A stretch of DNA of 20,000 bases from an uncultured Methanosarcinales archaeon (GTDB lineage: Archaea; Nanobdellota; Nanobdellia; Woesearchaeales; DSVV01), in contig CAZQHZ010000005.1 in assembly GCA_964593285.1 (NCBI GenBank), forward strand, positions 46,333 to 66,332, read 5' to 3'. A program made the translations under genes and the position numbers. Below are positions 17,139 to 20,000 of this stretch, piece by piece; positions within the stretch are counted from its first letter, which is position 1; each line of letters starts with the position of its first letter. The notes beneath the pieces are model-generated. The model saw nothing but the letters and a program-made list of their open reading frames with translations. It ran no database searches and had not been told where the DNA came from.

Positions 17139-17205
17139 AATTTTTTTAAAATAAATAAGATATATAAATTTTTTGAAAAAATAAAAATTTTTGAAAAATA
17201 AAAAA

Positions 17206-19731
17206 TTACTTTTGCTCATCAAAATGACTTTCTTTTGATTTATCCAATATAAAATAATCTTTTGGTAAATTTTTTTCATATTGTTTTAACATTGATTTTA
17301 GATTATTAACATTTAAATTAACATTTTCATCAAATAATAAGTTAAAATTCATATTAGTCTGTTTTAAAGCACCATCTAATTCATAAATTCTTTTAAAATT
17401 ACCATATTTATTGTTAATAATATCATTATATAATGAAATTAATTTTGATTCAAATAATGAATTATTAGAATATTTACTTTCTAATTTCCAATCATTAACT
17501 GCATTTTTTTTAAGTCTTTCTAATTCAATTAAATTTGATTTTAATACTATGTTTTCTAAGGCAATTTTTGAACCATGTGTTGAATATCCTATTTTTGAAC
17601 CATTTAAATTTTTAAGTTTTTGAAAAGTAACAAAATATTGGTTAACTCCATCATATGAATTATGTTCTTTTTGATTTAGATACGAAACACCAACGGTTAA
17701 ATTACCTTGAAGATCTTGATAAGTTCCAGTTTTTAATGGAGTTAAAGGAACTTGCGAATTATTTAGTATTGAATCTAAAATTGCTTTTCTTGAATTAGAA
17801 TTTGGAAAATAATTTTTTACTTTATGTAAATTTTTCATTTGTTCATTTGCATATTCAATATTTTTACCATTAGCTTTAATATCTACAACCAAGCGAGGAT
17901 ATTTAATATTTCCATCTGTTAAAAGTGCCCCATAAAGAGCTGGAATAAATAAAGGATATTCAATATCTATACCTAATGAAATTGAATATTTGTCAATTTC
18001 TTGACGTTTAAAAATTTCTAAACCATAATCTGTAAACATATTAGAAATTGCTTGTCTAACTCGTGGATATTCCATCCAAGCCCATGCAGTTGGCCTATTA
18101 ATTGAACGCTCAAGAGTTTCTCTAATCGAAAATAATAAATCTGGATCATTGTTATTATCCCAATTACTTGGTTTATCTTTATATTGTGAAACATTTAATA
18201 AAAATTTTTCATCAATATCTTTATTCTCCAAAGCATGTACAAAATACATAATAATTGGTTTAAATGTAGAACCTGTATTGATTATACTTTTATTACTTTT
18301 TGTATCTGATAAAAAATTATAATTTAATTCATCTCGACTTCCATAATAAGCAATAATGTGACCTTTACTATTAATAATTGCACCAGATGGATTTATATTT
18401 TTTAATAATGTTTTTTTATCAGTATTTACTGGAACTAAAACATTTTTGAATACATCACTATTTAAATGAGATAATAATTCTTCCTTTAACATTTCATTTT
18501 TTTTTAAATCAATTGCAGTAGTAACTTCAACAATACCAGAAAATTCATTTAATAAATAAGAGCCTGAAACTTTTTTATCATTAACTAAAAAATCATTTTC
18601 TAAAATATGCCTATTAATTAACAAATCTAAATTTAAAGCTTCCTTTTTTTTCTGAATAGTATCAAATTGCCTTAATTGTAAATTTAAAATAAAATCCTTT
18701 AAATTTTCTTTTTTAATAATTAAATCATTATATTCATTTTCATTAATTAAATTAAATGTATTAAATAAATTGTCTACACCAACATTATATTTTGCAACCC
18801 ATGTATTTAAAAAACTAGTTTCACGATCAGTTAAATCTTCAAGTTTTGTGCCATTACTTATTTTATATAAAACACCAATATTTTTACTAAAAATATTATT
18901 TGGGTTAGAAATTGCTGCCGCAATTGATAAAATTTGTTTATATGATGCATCATTTAAATTATCTAAATCAAAATAATTATCCATTGCAGCAGATATACCA
19001 CTAATGTTATTTGCAATATAAAAACTATTTAGATGAGTTTCTAAAATTTTATCTTTACCAAATTTTTCTTCAAATTTACCAGCTAATACTATTTCTTCTA
19101 ATTTTAGATCAAATCTTGAAGAACGCATTTTAACTTTATCGTTTTCTAAAATTTTTTTTAAAACTTGCTGAGTTATAGTACTACCACCTTGAACTTTATT
19201 TTTTTTGATAACTGTTTCATAAAATGCTCTTGTTGTAGAAATCCAATCAACACCTCTATGAACTCTTAAATTATCAAAAAAAGACATATTTTCATTACTA
19301 TAAAAATATGGATCTTCAACTGATAAAATACCATTAATTATTTTTTCATCTAAAGAATTTAAATTTATATGTTTATTATCTCCTCTTTTATAAAACACTA
19401 AATCGTTTTTATTAGTTTCTTCATTAAAACACTTATAAATAATACTACTTTCAAAATTATTTAATTCAATTGCATTTATATCAGTTATTTCCTTTTTAAA
19501 AAATAAATTAGATGATGTTTTTAATATAGGTAATACTAATTTTTTTTCAACTAAATATTTATTTTTTTCAGGGAATTGATTTAAAAAGTATCCTCCAGCA
19601 GTAATTCCAATAGAAGCTAAAATTGAACTTAAACCTAAAATACAACTTTTGTATAATTTACCTTTTTTTCTTTTAGGTTTATAATTAGAAAAAACTCTAT
19701 CTAATGTACTTTTTTTACGAAATAATCCCAT
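17206..19731 (-). CDS. Class A (bifunctional) penicillin-binding protein: N-terminal TM anchor + GT51 transglycosylase + transpeptidase
   Basis: Basic N-terminus then TM (aa ~30-50). GT51 motifs: E139DPYF..HRGVD, G182GSTITQQ, KLEE, KDKILETHLN. Transpeptidase motifs: S488TFK, S543IN, K667TGT. SD-like AAAGGTG upstream. Confidence 0.9.
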   Translation of the reverse strand: MGLFRKKSTLDRVFSNYKPKRKKGKLYKSCILGLSSILASIGITAGGYFLNQFPEKNKYLVEKKLVLPILKTSSNLFFKKEITDINAIELNNFESSIIYKCFNEETNKNDLVFYKRGDNKHINLNSLDEKIINGILSVEDPYFYSNENMSFFDNLRVHRGVDWISTTRAFYETVIKKNKVQGGSTITQQVLKKILENDKVKMRSSRFDLKLEEIVLAGKFEEKFGKDKILETHLNSFYIANNISGISAAMDNYFDLDNLNDASYKQILSIAAAISNPNNIFSKNIGVLYKISNGTKLEDLTDRETSFLNTWVAKYNVGVDNLFNTFNLINENEYNDLIIKKENLKDFILNLQLRQFDTIQKKKEALNLDLLINRHILENDFLVNDKKVSGSYLLNEFSGIVEVTTAIDLKKNEMLKEELLSHLNSDVFKNVLVPVNTDKKTLLKNINPSGAIINSKGHIIAYYGSRDELNYNFLSDTKSNKSIINTGSTFKPIIMYFVHALENKDIDEKFLLNVSQYKDKPSNWDNNNDPDLLFSIRETLERSINRPTAWAWMEYPRVRQAISNMFTDYGLEIFKRQEIDKYSISLGIDIEYPLFIPALYGALLTDGNIKYPRLVVDIKANGKNIEYANEQMKNLHKVKNYFPNSNSRKAILDSILNNSQVPLTPLKTGTYQDLQGNLTVGVSYLNQKEHNSYDGVNQYFVTFQKLKNLNGSKIGYSTHGSKIALENIVLKSNLIELERLKKNAVNDWKLESKYSNNSLFESKLISLYNDIINNKYGNFKRIYELDGALKQTNMNFNLLFDENVNLNVNNLKSMLKQYEKNLPKDYFILDKSKESHFDEQK

Positions 19732-20000
19732 GAAGTAGCACCTTTAAAATAATCATTTAATAGTGGTTACATATTTGCTGTAGAAACATGTTATATATAT
19801 AAATATTACTATTTTTAAATAGATATCAACTATCAATAAACATATGAAAAATTAAATTTTAAGTAATAATTTATTTTTTTTATAAAAAAACAGTATTTTA
19901 TTTTGTTTTCATTAATTTCAACATTGTTTTTTAGTTGGTTAATTAGAAAAACTATTGCAATATTTAACATATTATAATTTTGTAACATATGTTATAAAAT

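Noticed and set aside
17165..17206. Tandem AAATTTTTTGAAAAATAAA-like duplication after the PBP stop
   Set aside because: Low complexity. It may simply provide the U-rich terminator on the minus strand and is not distinguishable from background.
17139..17279. N-terminal half of the 96-aa ORF
   Set aside because: Overlaps the PBP 3' end and a T-rich intergenic tract; the internal ATG at 17138 fits the promoter spacing better.
2535..18976. Shadow ORFs in the track (2535-2765, 3624-3818, 4724-5077, 5013-5228, 7888-8088, 8169-8423, 10016-10549, 12739-13053, 14334-14540, 16670-16864, 17411-17623, 18770-18976)
   Set aside because: They overlap well-supported genes in antisense or alternate frames, and most have the F/L/S/I-rich composition expected from the reverse of K/E/N-rich genes.
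1..20000. Alternative genetic code or bacterial (CPR) origin of the whole window
   Set aside because: Conserved genes are full length under the standard code with TAA/TAG/TGA stops. Histone, RpoE', eS31, aEF-1beta and the BHB intron are archaeal.

Overview
Very AT-rich, compact archaeal chromosomal window. Archaeal origin is shown by a histone, RpoE', eS31/S27ae, aEF-1beta, a BHB-intron tRNA and TATA promoters. The lineage is most likely DPANN/Woesearchaeota-like; that assignment is inference. The left half holds two soluble PAS histidine kinase + stand-alone receiver pairs, a wHTH-MNT/HEPN module bracketed by a 45-bp direct repeat that duplicates the 3' end of the neighbouring gene, YhbY and several hypotheticals. 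The right half holds an intron-containing tRNA-Ile with a UAU anticodon, the PIN-rpoE'-[100-N gap]-rps27ae cluster, a Zn-ribbon gene missed by the ORF track, EF-1beta, a histone and PpaC. Most strikingly, it also encodes an 841-aa class A penicillin-binding protein (transglycosylase + transpeptidase, catalytic motifs present) on the same gap-free stretch as the archaeal histone. All family calls are from motif recognition; no searches were run.
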